Positions 13,336-24,930 of a stretch of 64,000 nucleotides of DNA are shown here, piece by piece. Source of the DNA: Mustelus asterias (taxonomy: Eukaryota); contig NC_135814.1 of assembly GCF_964213995.1 (NCBI RefSeq), positions 54,808,001 through 54,872,000 on the forward strand, read 5' to 3'. Both the position numbers and the translations under genes were made by a program. The notes under the pieces are model-generated. The model had not been told where the DNA came from, did not search any database, and saw only the letters and a program-made list of their open reading frames with translations. Position 1 is the first letter of the stretch, and the number at the start of each line of letters is the position of its first letter.

Positions 13336-15309
13336 AACAATAGTGATTTGAGGGTATCTCACTGGGTGGAGCACTGCTGGTGATGACCAGGAGGTTGGTG
13401 AGGAAAGTCATGTGACCAAAAAGGAAAAAATAAATTCATGAGGTGGGGTAATGGACATATAAATATATTACAAAACGTGGTGGGTGTGGGGTTTTTTGCT
13501 GTGATCTTCGGGATTTGGCATCTGATAGATTTCTGAGGCTATTTCCTTTTTACACAGTACAATTAGAGGGCAATGACCAAAGTTTGAGACTTAATTAGAG
13601 CCTGCCTGGAAGATGTGCCATGTTCCAAGGCATTGAGTATGTACTGTCTCAAATTAATGTCATGAAAATGCTAGTCGCATGCATGGAAAAATTCCACAGT
13701 GCTAAAGCCATTTTTCATGTGCTAAATAATTGTGACTTTTCAGTGGAAACTGATTTGCTTTCCATAAAAATTCATGCCGATTCATTCTTTCCTAAATAGA
13801 GCCTCTGTTTAAAATGTCAAATTACTTTGGGAGTTCAATCCAGATCTTTAACAATTTTAAGCTAAAATAAAATACTCTACCATCAATAGTATAAATCCAT
13901 CAGTATTATAAGGTCTGATTCAGGATAACAATTTGTAATCTTAGTTAATCCGATGCCTCGTGCTGTTTTTAGAAACTGTAGATTTAGAGTCACTAATGAA
14001 ATCCTGATGAATGGAACATTAATGTTGTTATTACAAAACGGTCCATTTCCAAAGCACGCACATCAATTCTGTCTCATTGATGTTTACTCAGGTCAGTGGT
14101 GTTTAAATTCAGTTAAATTGTCAGCTTAGATGAGCTTCATTTCACCACAGCAAGTGTACCTCTGATCAGGAGAAAATGTATTAAGGGATCATTGAAATTT
14201 CTCTGCCCAGTATTTATCATTTGTCTTGGAAAATCTCAGCAGGTCTGGCAAAGCTTTGACAAAGGGTCATCTCAATGTCAGCGCTTTTCTCTCTTTACAG
14301 ATGCTGCCAGACCTGCTGAGATTTTCCAGCATTTTTTCTTTTGGTTTCAGATTCCAGCATCTGCAGTAATTTGCTTTTATCATTGCCTTGTAGCTTCTCT
14401 TTTAAAATGTTTTTATTTTTCTTTAATTTTTTTTCTCCTATTTGTATTCGAGTGTTTATAATTGCACCTTTTTTGAAAGAAAGTAGTAACGCTTTGATAT
14501 TGAGAAGATTTTTGTGTTGAAGCCACAACTCATTCTGATTTAAGGAAAGTGTGAGGAAACCATATCTGTATTCTTCTGCGAGGATGAATAGGGTAACCAC
14601 GTTTTTATATTGAAGAAACTACTGGTAAATAAATGAAATTGAAGCTTATTGAAGCATTACAAGGGGAATAACATCTTCAGAATAATTCAGTGAAGTTGTG
14701 GAATAGGCTGTAACTCAATGCAGCAAACTTTTGAGCAAAATGGACATGACAACGAGAGGTGAAAGCCTTAAAAAGCAAAATGATGTTAGGATTTGGAGTT
14801 GCAGATGGCAGGTTTGGGATGTCTGAGGAAAGGGTCGTACAGAGGTGATAAGTTGAGTATGAAAGGATTTGGGTAAGTAACAAGAGGTGGGTCTCGTGAA
14901 TCAGATGGCTGAAACAAGACACTGGTGGAAATGGGGTGGTAAATTCAGGATATCAGAGGGTCAGGACCAGAGTGGATGGAAGACAAAAAGCCAAATAACT
15001 CTTTATACATAGGGTATCAGAAGAGGAAGGAGAAAGAAGTTAGGGGAAGAAGAGCCTAAACCGTGGATGATGGTGATTGAGTTGCTGGATGATTGAGGTA
15101 AAAGAACAGTTCAGCAGGTCCACAGCCCTGAACAATGGACTAGCTGACCACTTGGAGTGAAATTGGTTGTGGGGTGGGAGGGAAGAATGGAAAGATTTTT
15201 CCACAGGCAGAGGCTAAGTGTAGTGGGGATAGACAGGAAGATAGGAGAGGTGGTTGGTGAAAGTGACAAGGAAGTGATCAAAGATGGCCTTGGTAGTGTT
15301 TGAGATTTT

Positions 15310-16043
15310 GGGCTGGATTTTAAAGTTGCTTTATTCTGCTGTTCTGCAGACTCCCCATCCCCACCCGATTGGAAGAAGTCAGTTGTCAGCCCACCCACCC
15401 AAAACCTACCTATCTGCAGTTCTATCATGCTGGGAACAACCATAATTATTTCTAAGGGACTTCAAACCCATCTGGGAGGAAGTTTCATCTTAGAGAGCTG
15501 CTGGTCAGTCTGGCTTGCAGGTCTATACTCCCAGCAACGTAAGAATTGAACAGTGGCCCCCACTGCTACAGACAGTCCACAGGGAGCCTGGCCACAATGA
15601 GAAGTCAGGGATTTTGAACAAGGCTGACTGGCAGACCCAGTCTGGAGGAGGAGTGTGTGGGAGGCTCAGTTTGCGAGGTCAGTGGTGTGGATCATAGTGC
15701 GATGGGGGTATGACCTTGGTGGGATGGATGCCTTTGGACACGAGAGACACCCCCCAAACTCCGGAAAAAAACCGGATACCCTTCCTATCCAACATCAGCT
15801 TGTGCAGTGAAAGCTCCTTGATTACCCACGTTGCCTCCGCCATGCCCTACCATGTGTAAAATAGTGACAGGAGTGGTGTGAGGCCCTTAACTGCCAATTC
15901 ATTAGCCACTTAAGGGGTTCAATAAGCCCAACAGTGGGTGGATAGACTGCCTGCCCGTAGTAATATGAGACAATTCAAGGGTGGGTGGGAAGGCAGTGGG
16001 AAGCCCTTCAAATACACTCATGGGGGCCTGTAAAATCCAGCCC
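15310..16043. mobile_element. Non-autonomous DNA transposon (Harbinger-like MITE)
   Basis: Perfect 13-bp TIR GGGCTGGATTTTA / TAAAATCCAGCCC, flanked by TTT on both sides. Confidence 0.7.
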
Positions 16044-16743
16044 TTTGTAAACGGAGACTACAAAAGGTAGTGTGGTCCGTGTAGTCTGGAAATATAGTAA
16101 CCAATAAAAATGTATTATAGATTAGAAAACATCTAAGTGATGGAATGTAAAGAAGAAGACTTGAAACATTGACAGAAGTACAGATATGAAATGTACAATA
16201 TTTTAAATGTGCAAGTCAATTTACTAATAGTGTAGTTATTACTGTTCTCTAGTGGTGCAATGATAAAACAGGAACAGCTGGGAGAATCAGCTGCATAATT
16301 ATTTAAAGTAGAATTCCGAAGCAAGAGATTTGAGCAAAATGGCACATGCAAAAAATCCTGGCCACAAACCAAATCTGCCTTCTGTATGTTACTGATCAAC
16401 AGTATTAATTAAGTGAAATAGTCATGTTATACAACCATGACATTCTCAACTTTAGGAATGTCAGTGACATTGCAAGAATCAGCAAGACATTAATGTTTGA
16501 GTTCCATTCACTCCATTACACTGGCCAATTCTCTCATTTTTATTTTATACAGCTGCGATTCATTTATATTAATTTAAACTCCATTTATATTTTTCTAAAT
16601 AAGCCGTTTATACTAATTTAAGCTCAGTCCATTTTTATAAAATGTCTTTTATACAAACTGGTTTAAATCTGTTTCAATAGGACTTTTCAATTTGAGAGTT
16701 AAAACATGAAGTGTATTGTTCTAATGTTGCCTTTTTATTTCAG

Positions 16744-16816
16744 AAATATCGACAGTATATGGCAGGGCACTTGGTCCCTCCCTATGGTGTTATGGAAAGT
16801 GCATCCAGTAATGACA
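16744..16816 (+). CDS. RAPGEF4: RAPGEF4 exon (~exon 5): [24 protein letters not shown](R)
   Basis: ttttatttcag acceptor and A|gtgagt donor. Translation matches mammalian [24 protein letters not shown]. Confidence 0.95.
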
Positions 16817-17219
16817 GTGAGTACAGGTCTTTTTCGATACATAGAACATTGAAGCAGAAATAACTTCTGAGTATTAAGAATTTAATTTTTAAATGTCGTC
16901 GTAGTGACATCTCAACTTCTTTAACAGTCTAATCTTGTCCATAAATTCCTGACAGAAGCTACTTAGTAAGAGGTGAACAGGACCTAAAAGGTTAATATAA
17001 AATAGCAGTGTATTTTATATTCTTCAGAAATCCAAACTGGCCTTTAGACATTTATCCTTTCCTGGGACTTGTCTTCCTGGTAGTGTTTCTCAGGATCCCA
17101 ATGGAAATGAGATGTGCTGTTTTACTGCATTACCTCTACCTAAATATTTTCTGTTCCTTAATTAGTTGTTTCCTTTCTGTGATGGATAAACAAGGGAATT
17201 GTCATGGGCAATAATGCAG

Positions 17220-18264
17220 TAGAATCCCTACAATGCAGATGGAGGCCATTTGGCCCATAGAACCTGTACCGACGACAATCCCAGGCCCTATCCCTGTAAC
17301 CCCATCTATTTCCCCTGCTAATCCCCCTGACACTAAAGGGCAATTTAGCATGGCCAATCAATCTAACCTGCACAGCTTTGGACTGTGGGAGGAAACCCGC
17401 GCAGACACGGGGAGAATGTGCAAACTCCACACATTTTGGTAGAACTAACGTAGGGGAGAGCTACACGATAAATGGCAGAACCATAAAGGGTGTAGATACA
17501 CAGAGGGACCTGGGTGTGCAAGTCCACAGATCCTTGAAGGTGACGGCACAGGTGGAGAAGGTAGCGAAGAAGGCATATGGCATGCTTGCCTTTATAGGAC
17601 GGGGCATAGAGTATAAAAGTTGGGGTCTGATGTTGCAGATGTATAGAACGTTGGTTCGGCCGCATTTGGAATACTGCGCCCAGTTCTGGTTGCCACACTA
17701 CCAGAAGGACGTGGAGGCTTTAGAGAGAGTGCAGAGGAGGTTTACCAGGATGTTGCCTGGTATGGAAGGGCTTAGCTATGAGGAGAGATTGGATAAACTG
17801 GGGTCTCCTCACTGGAAAGACGGAGGATGAGGGGTGACCTAATAGAGGTGTATAAAATTATGAAAGGCATAGATAGGGTGAACGGTGGGAAGCTTTTTCC
17901 CAGGTCGGTGGTGACGTTCACGAGGGGCCATAGGTTCAAGGTGAGGGGGGGGGAGGTTTAACACGGATATCAGGACATATTTTACACAGAGGGTGGTGGG
18001 GGCCTGGAATGCGCTGCTGGGCAAGGTGGTGGAGGCGGACACACTGGGAACATTTAAGACTTATCTAGATAGCCACATGAACGGAGTGGGAATGGAGGGA
18101 TACAAAAGAATGGTCTAGTTTGGACCAGGAAGCGGCGCGGGCTTGGAGGGCCGAAGGGCCTGTTCCTGTGCTGTATTGTTCTTTGTTCTTTGTTCAGTCA
18201 CCCAAGGCCAGAATTGAACCCGGATTCCTGGCGCTGAGGCAGCATTCTAACCACTGTGCCACCC
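17220..18264 (-). mobile_element. HE1-type V-SINE split by a CR1 insertion
   Basis: SINE sequence runs to caaactccacaca (17433) and resumes at cagtcaccc (18195). Confidence 0.85.
17432..18195 (+). mobile_element. 5'-truncated CR1 LINE nested in a SINE
   Basis: HFGR...QRDLGVQVHRSLK...LEYCAQFW...ERVQRRFTRM; tail ttgttctttgttctttgttc. Confidence 0.92.
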
Positions 18265-18437
18265 ACCGTGGGCATGGTGTTTGGAAATGGTTTAGTCAGC
18301 CCATTGCAAGAGGATATCTATTATTTGACTTTGCTGGCCATGTGTTCCATTTGTAAAATCTCTATTTTATAACTTGAGAACATTGTTATAAAATCTAAAG
18401 CTGTTCACGTGCAAATTGTGATCAAGTTCCATTTAAA

Positions 18438-18731
18438 CATAGAATCATAGAATCGCTGCAGTGCAGAAAGAGGCCATTCGGTCCATCGAGCATGCACCGA
18501 CACAATCCCACCCAGGTCATATTCCCATAACCCTATTTTTACCCTGCTAACCCCCTGACACTAAGGGCAATTTAACACGGCCAATCCACCTATCCTGTAC
18601 ATCTTTGGACTGTGGGAGGAAACCCACGCAGAAACATGGAAAACGTGCAAACTCCACACAGACAGTCACCCAAGGCTGGAATTGAACCCGGGTCCTTGGC
18701 GCTGTGAGGCAGCAGTGCCAACCACCGTGCC
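18438..18731 (-). mobile_element. HE1-type V-SINE
   Basis: B box gggttcaattcc and V-domain on the minus strand; atagaatc tail repeats. Confidence 0.85.
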
Positions 18732-18992
18732 AACATCTGTAATAGCTGTAGAAATGAAAAATGTTAACAAATTCATGAGATCTAAATTTACCAATTCCAC
18801 ACTATAAAATTGTAATGGTTGTAAAGAGGATGCAAAACACAGCCTAAGACCCATGGCATTTCCTGGATATAGGTGACCAATGAGAAGCTCCTGCCGCACG
18901 CAGACTGCTAAACTCGAGTGTGCTTAATTCATGTCAATCTGGAGAAATATTATGATGCAGAATTTTAGATGTTAAAAGGTGCAGAATTTTTG

Positions 18993-19295
18993 TGGGCGGC
19001 ACAGTGGTTAGCACTGCTGCCTCACAGTGCCGGTTCGATTCCCAGCTTGGGTGACTGCCTGTGTGGAGTTTGCATGTTCTCCCCGTGTCTGCGTGGGTTT
19101 TCTCCAGGTGCTCCGGTTTCCTCCCACAATCCACAGATGGGCGGGTTAGGTGGATTGGCCTTGCTAAATTGCCCTTAGTATCAGGGGAACTAGCTAGGAT
19201 AAATGCATGGGGTGATGGGGATAGGGCCTGGGTGGGATTGTGGTCAGTGCAGACTCGATGAGCAGAATGGCCTCCTTCTGCACTGTCGGATTCGA
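18993..19295 (+). mobile_element. HE1-type V-SINE
   Basis: gcacagtggttagcactgctgcc, ggttcgattccc, V-domain and CR1-like tail. Confidence 0.88.
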
Positions 19296-20096
19296 TGAAT
19301 ATCAGAATGCCTGATGTGAAACTGATTTAGACAGATTGAACCTTTTGAATATGAATGTTTGCCCTAATTCTTAGTGAACAAATATTTTGATGGGTTGATT
19401 CTAGTGCCCTCCTGTGGTGTGAGATTCTGTTCTAAGCAGAACAGTTTCTCTCAATCCTCATTCTCACAAGTTCCACATCTTTGATTTTTATGTAGCTGAT
19501 AATAAAAAGCATAGTTCCTTAAATTCATTTTTTTTATAATCCTCCTTAAAGCCTACATTCTCAAAACTCACTTTGTTATCTTGATATTACAGTCTTCAAG
19601 TCAACTATTCTTGCTTTCAACGTACTTCATTCACGTGCTTTCTTCCACCTTCTCTCTCTTCAGTCAGTTAGTATATTAACATTCCTCTTAACAATCACGA
19701 GCAATCTATCCTGACACAGCCAGCAGTGGCTATGAAGCTACACTGGAATCAAAGCACTCTGGGCACAAATTATAAAGGCAACTGAATTGAAACTATTTTA
19801 AGTCAGATGATACTGAGGTTTTCTCACTGAATTATCTTGCCGTTCCAGGAAATATACTCCCAATTAAGTATCTTTGCATTATTTTGTTCTTAACTCTCAC
19901 CTTGAGGCAAAAAGCACAAAAATAACAAGATAATCTAAACAAACAGTTGTTGAGTGAAGACTGACAGCTGATATTTTTCTTGAGGTATTTTCTGTGATCT
20001 GTGAAGCAAAATATGCCGTTTAGTGGTAAAAGCCTGTAACTACATGGTGACTGGAATCGTTTAACTCTAGAAAATTGAATTTGAAATGAGGACTTA

Positions 20097-20597
20097 GGAC
20101 CCGATTTTACCATTTTCATTTTCAGTGCTGAATCTGGGCATAATGCAGATCCGACTGAGAAATCTGCTTTCAGGCGCCCCCATACGCACTCAGCCTGAAA
20201 AGAATCACCAGTCCCATTCGTGTAGGGGTTTAGCGCGGTTGAAACGATCGGAGCTCTGAACTGCGCATGCGCAGTTAGAAAAAAATTTGAAAAAGCGCGC
20301 CTGTGTCAGATCGCTCCCAGGCTGCAGAAAGCGGGAGCGATGGCCCCCACACACATCGCTGTCTCCCTTATCCGCCCCGACCCCCACTACCCACACACAT
20401 TACTGTCCTTCTTATCCACCCACTCCCCTGCTACCCAGACCAATCGCCCACAGAGTGGCAGCGGACCCCTCTGCCCACCCCACGCCCCCACCAGAGATCC
20501 ATCTGCCCACTTCCCCCACCCCCACCAGTGAGCAATTGGGCCCCACCCCCTGCCCCCACCAGAGATGCATCTGACCAACCTTCCCCCCCACCCCCCC

Positions 20598-20630
<33 letters not shown>

Positions 20631-20991
20631 CCAGACAACGATCCGGCCTCACTCCCGTCCCCCACCAACCAGAGAATGATCTCGCCGGATTCTCCCCCCC
20701 CACCCCCCACCACCACCACCACCACCACCACTGATCTGAGTCAGAGCCGTTGGAAGCTCTGAACGCGCTCTTCAGCAGCTGGAGCGCCCGATTCAGACTT
20801 TTATTTAGCAGGTCCATTACAGCGCGGTTCCGGATCGGCAAATGCGGTGGTAAAGGGGAAAATGCAGATAAAGTTGGGCGGGCAGTTCATTAATTCAATT
20901 TAAATGCATGCAAATGCGCAGATCGCATTAATGGCCTCACACCTGACTTTACCACGTTTTCGCGCCCAGATGCAATGGTAAAATCGGGCCC
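20097..20991. mobile_element. PIF/Harbinger-type MITE (~895 bp)
   Basis: 18-bp TIR GGACCCGATTTTACCATT / AATGGTAAAATCGGGCCC (17/18 match), with TTA duplicated at 20094-20096 and 20992-20994. Confidence 0.85.
20583..20730. repeat. Poly-C tract and (CAC)n microsatellite inside the MITE
   Basis: Near-pure C run at 20583-20628 and CAC repeats at ~20708-20731. Confidence 0.9.
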
Positions 20992-21205
20992 TTACTGTCT
21001 TTTATCAGAATTTTACTGGAAGTAAAAGTTTGTGACAGTGCAGGCAAAGCATGATTTTTGACAACTTTCTGCAGACTCTGTTGCTGCTTGCTCTGTTTCT
21101 CAATCTCTATTGACTTCGCTGTCACACCCTGGCATCTGTTTCTATCTCTTTTACTTTTTTTTTAGGCGAATGATGCGGTGAGACGAGGAGCCATTAATGG
21201 CTTTT

Positions 21206-21288
21206 AATTCAGGAGGGAGGAAGTTGTGGGGAAAATTTAACCCTCAAAATTCAGGAGGGAGGAAGTTGTGGGGAAAATTTAACCCTCA
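21206..21288. repeat. Perfect tandem duplication, 41-nt unit x2 (period 42)
   Basis: aattcaggagggaggaagttgtggggaaaatttaaccctca at 21206-21246 and 21248-21288. Confidence 0.95.
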
Positions 21289-21379
21289 TTAGCTTCAATC
21301 TCTCAAGTAATGGAATGAAAATTTTGGCAGGTCCCACAACAGGTGAACAATCCAGTCTTTTAGGCTGAGTTGTATGTTA

Positions 21380-21531
21380 TCATGGAATCCCCTCAGTGCA
21401 GAAGAGGCTATTCAGCCCATTGGGTCTGCAGCAACTCCCTGACTGAGTATCTTGCCCCGGCTCTCTTGCCCTATTCCTGCAACCCCACACATTGACCATG
21501 GCCAATCCATCTAACCTGCACATTTTTGGAC
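21380..21531 (-). mobile_element. HE1-type SINE 3' fragment
   Basis: cagtgcagaagaggctattcagcccat ... ccatggccaatccatctaacctgcacatttttgga. Confidence 0.65.
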
Positions 21532-22079
21532 ACCATTATGCTCACCATGTTGGCTCATGGAAAACTAATTTTCCTAGAACCGAATATTGATTTTTAATCT
21601 CTCTAAATAAAAATGAACTGCCACTTTTAAGATTATTTATTTGTTCTTCATACAAGAACTCTCCAGCTGCGCAGCTGAGCTATCCTCTCCAGATTCTCTA
21701 GTACTCATTCCACAGAGAGCTGTGGGAGTGCCAGGGGGTAGTGTCAGGATGCCAGCAGGCACTGGCCAGGTATGTCTCTCTCTCCCAGGGCCTATACACC
21801 TTCCGTTCCTCCCTGTCCCCGGCGGGTTCCCCTCGACAGCTTCAAGTTTTGCAAAAGTGGCTGTAAACCTTGCTGACATGATGTCACGTCAGGGAGTATG
21901 AATATCCAGTGAGGGGGAAATGAGATCTCACCAGTGGGAATCTCATTTCCCAACTCTTGAGGTTTTGAGTCCGCGTTGCCATTTACACTGACAGCTAACA
22001 TGGACAAAAATCTCCCCATAGAAAATGTAATAATTCTAAAATATGAAGCATGCTATTAGTGATGATATAACATGGGTGA

Positions 22080-22985
22080 CAAAGGGATCCCTTTGTCCGC
22101 ACCTTCCACACTTCACCATTTCCACCCTCTCCAGCATGATGCCTTCACCAAACATGTCTCTCCTTTCAGTTTTCCAAAGGCATTGTTGGTCCACTCCCCT
22201 TACCCCAGAGCCATCCTGGAAAAGCACTTACCCTTTTACATTTCCCTTCCTACCATCCAGGGTTCCATATATTCCTTCCAGGTGAAACCACAATTGTTGT
22301 ACTATTATTATATTACTGTTTTATTATACAATATTAACTTAGTGTTTTTGTTGCTCTCAATGTGATCTCCAAGTTGGGAAATCCAGGTTGGGTGAATGCT
22401 TTGCTAAACGCCTCCAATCAGTTCACAAGCATGGCCTTGAGCTCCGGTCACATTCAGTTTTAATCCGCCATCCCTCTCCCACACTGGCCTCCATGTTCTC
22501 ACCCTGCTACACTGTTCCAGTGAAGCCAAATGGAAGTCTGAAGGCCCCCACCTCATCTTTTGATTGGGCACTTCACAACTTTGTCCAATTACCACCCACT
22601 TCTGCTTTGTACCATCATTCCTTTTGGACTTGAATCAATCATGCCCTCCACCCTATTGCAGACCGTCCTTTTTTGTTGTTTCCTCCCTTCACCCTCTCCT
22701 TCTGCCCCACCTTTTCCCTTCTCTATTTGCAGAAAATTATTTGTCTGTGACCTTTCTTCTTTCTGGCGTAAGGGTGTTTTCCCCTCTCCATAGATGCTGC
22801 AGGACCAGCTGAGCATGTTCTGTTAATATTTCAGACATCCAGCAGGCAAGATATTTTGCCTTTATTTGCGAGTATAGTCACCCATTACAGATTGCCATTC
22901 AAGCTAAGGCAAAATATGGTGGATGCTGAAAATCTCAAATAAAAGCAGGAAATGCTGGAAAATATTTGCCTGGCAGCTGCTTCTG
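22080..22985 (+). mobile_element. Degenerate Penelope-like element (second family), GIY-YIG remnant and terminal repeat with inverted copy
   Basis: Decayed endonuclease-region sequence at 22270-22570. The end motif ccatagatgctgc...gctgag...cagacatccagc (22790-22860) is followed by an inverted gatgctgaaaatct...aaatgctggaaaata (22920-22965). Confidence 0.55.
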
Positions 22986-23390
22986 CAAGTCCACTTGCTG
23001 CTCCTTCATTACAGTGCTTACTCTGGCCCTTGCGTTGTTCATTTGCATTCCCTACATGAAGGACTTTTCCATCTCTATCTTTTAGCTCCGTCAGTGATTC
23101 ACCTCTCCCTCCTCTACATGTACACAACGTCACAGCTTTGTCCCAGAGTTTGGCCACTTTGCTTTACAATTGTAGAAATCCACATCAGCTTGTTAAGCCC
23201 CCTGTAACATTCTTCACTGACCATTTTCTATTCCTGAACATACAGGCAATTGCTCAGACTCTGTTAGGAGTGCATTAAACGATAGAATTCACAAAGATCT
23301 CAAACAATAGCTGTATTTTATAATAGCAACAAGTAACTGTGTTGAGCAGTCTTTGATAACACTGAAAATTTGCGGTTTGTGTTTTTCCAG

Positions 23391-23443
23391 GAATTCCTGA
23401 AAAGGAGAATATGAGCAGCAATGCACTGTGTTCTGGGTCAAAG
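23391..23443 (+). CDS. RAPGEF4: RAPGEF4 exon (~exon 6): (R)IPEKENMSSNALCSGSK
   Basis: gtttttccag acceptor in phase 1, giving RIPEKEN (mammalian RIPDKEN). The donor AAG|gtatct restores phase 0. The 3' end is less certain than the 5' end. Confidence 0.85.
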
Positions 23444-23909
23444 GTATCTGATTACTTGTTTACTGACTGAATTCAATCCTTATTAGCCTTCTGATATAAA
23501 AGCCAACATCCAGTTTTAAAATTCTTGATTGTTTGTGTTTTTGAAATATTGGCGCAACTCAAAAACTGAATAGAGAAACAGCAGTTTGTGAAAGAACAAA
23601 GGTTCTCAGGACATGTAGAGTAAACAATATGAATTCATGCACATCTTGAAGATTATAGTATCTTGAAAATTCAAAGTCTCTGGCTGCTTAGGTTTTCAAT
23701 CTTGATGAAGGAACAAGTTGAATAATGGAAAATAACAGCAAAGTGAATGATACAAAAGGTTAATGAGCTGCAATGTTCGACACTTGTTTCTATGATTCAT
23801 GGATTACTTGTAATGTAATTGGTGAATTCTGCATTTATTGGACACTGTTCTGGATTGGTCCTTCTCTCATGGACTCATGACATGAGACTTGATTAAAGTT
23901 TATTTATTA

Positions 23910-24930
23910 GTCGAATCATACGGCGCAGAAGAGGCCCTACAACCCATCGAGTCTGCACATACACATATTAGAAACACTTGAATCCCCCGCCCCCCCCCCC
24001 GCCACATCTACCAGGGGCCATAGCTTTGAATGTTATGATATGTCAAATGCTCATCCAGGTAGGATGTGAGGCAACCCACCTCTACCACCTTCCCAGACAG
24101 TGTATTCCAAACTGTCACCACTCTCTGGATAAAAAAGCTTTTCCTCAAATCCCTCCTAAACCTCACCTTGAACATATGTCCCCTTGTGACTGACCCTTCA
24201 ACTAAGGGGAACAGCTGCTCCTTGTCCACGCTGCCCATGTCCTTCATAATCTTGTACACTGCGATCAGGTCGCCCTTCGGTTTTCTCTGCTCCGACGAAA
24301 ACAACCCAAGCCTACCCAACCTCTCTTCACTTAAATGTTCCATCCCAGGCAGCATCCTGGTGAATCTCCTCTGTACCCCCTTCAGTGCGATCCTTCCGAT
24401 TAATGTGGTGACCAAAACTGCACACAGTACTCCAGCTGTGGCCTCACCAAAGTTCTGCACAACTCCAACATAACTTCCCTTGCTTTTGTAATCTATGCCT
24501 CGATTGATAAAGGCAAGTGTGCCATATGCCTTTTTCACCACCCTACTAACATGCCCTTCTGTCTTCAGAGATCTGTGGACAAACACACCAAGGTCCCTTT
24601 GTTCCACAGAACATCCTGCCAATAGTGTCCTGCCATTCATTGAATACTTCCTTACCAAATTACTCCTTCCAAAGTGTATCACCTCACATTTTTCAGGGTT
24701 AAATTCCATCTGCCACTCATCTGTCCATCTGACCATCCCGTCCATATCTTTTTGTAGTCCAAGACGCTCCGCCCCACTGTTAACCATCCAGCCAATCTTT
24801 GTGTCATCTGCAAACTTACTAATCCTACTCCCGAAAAGTCATCTATGTCGTTTATATAAATGACAAATAGAAGGGGACTCAACACAGATCCCTGTGGTAC
24901 ACCACTGGACACTGGCTTCCAGTCACTAAA
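23910..24930 (-). mobile_element. CR1 LINE 3' fragment
   Basis: ORFs 24679..24912 ([20 protein letters not shown]) and 24008..24787 (WQMEFNPEKC, RDLGVFVHRSLK). Confidence 0.92.

Noticed and set aside
20303-20841. Poly-Pro/His and poly-Gly ORFs
   Set aside because: Artefacts of poly-C and (CAC)n tracts inside a MITE.
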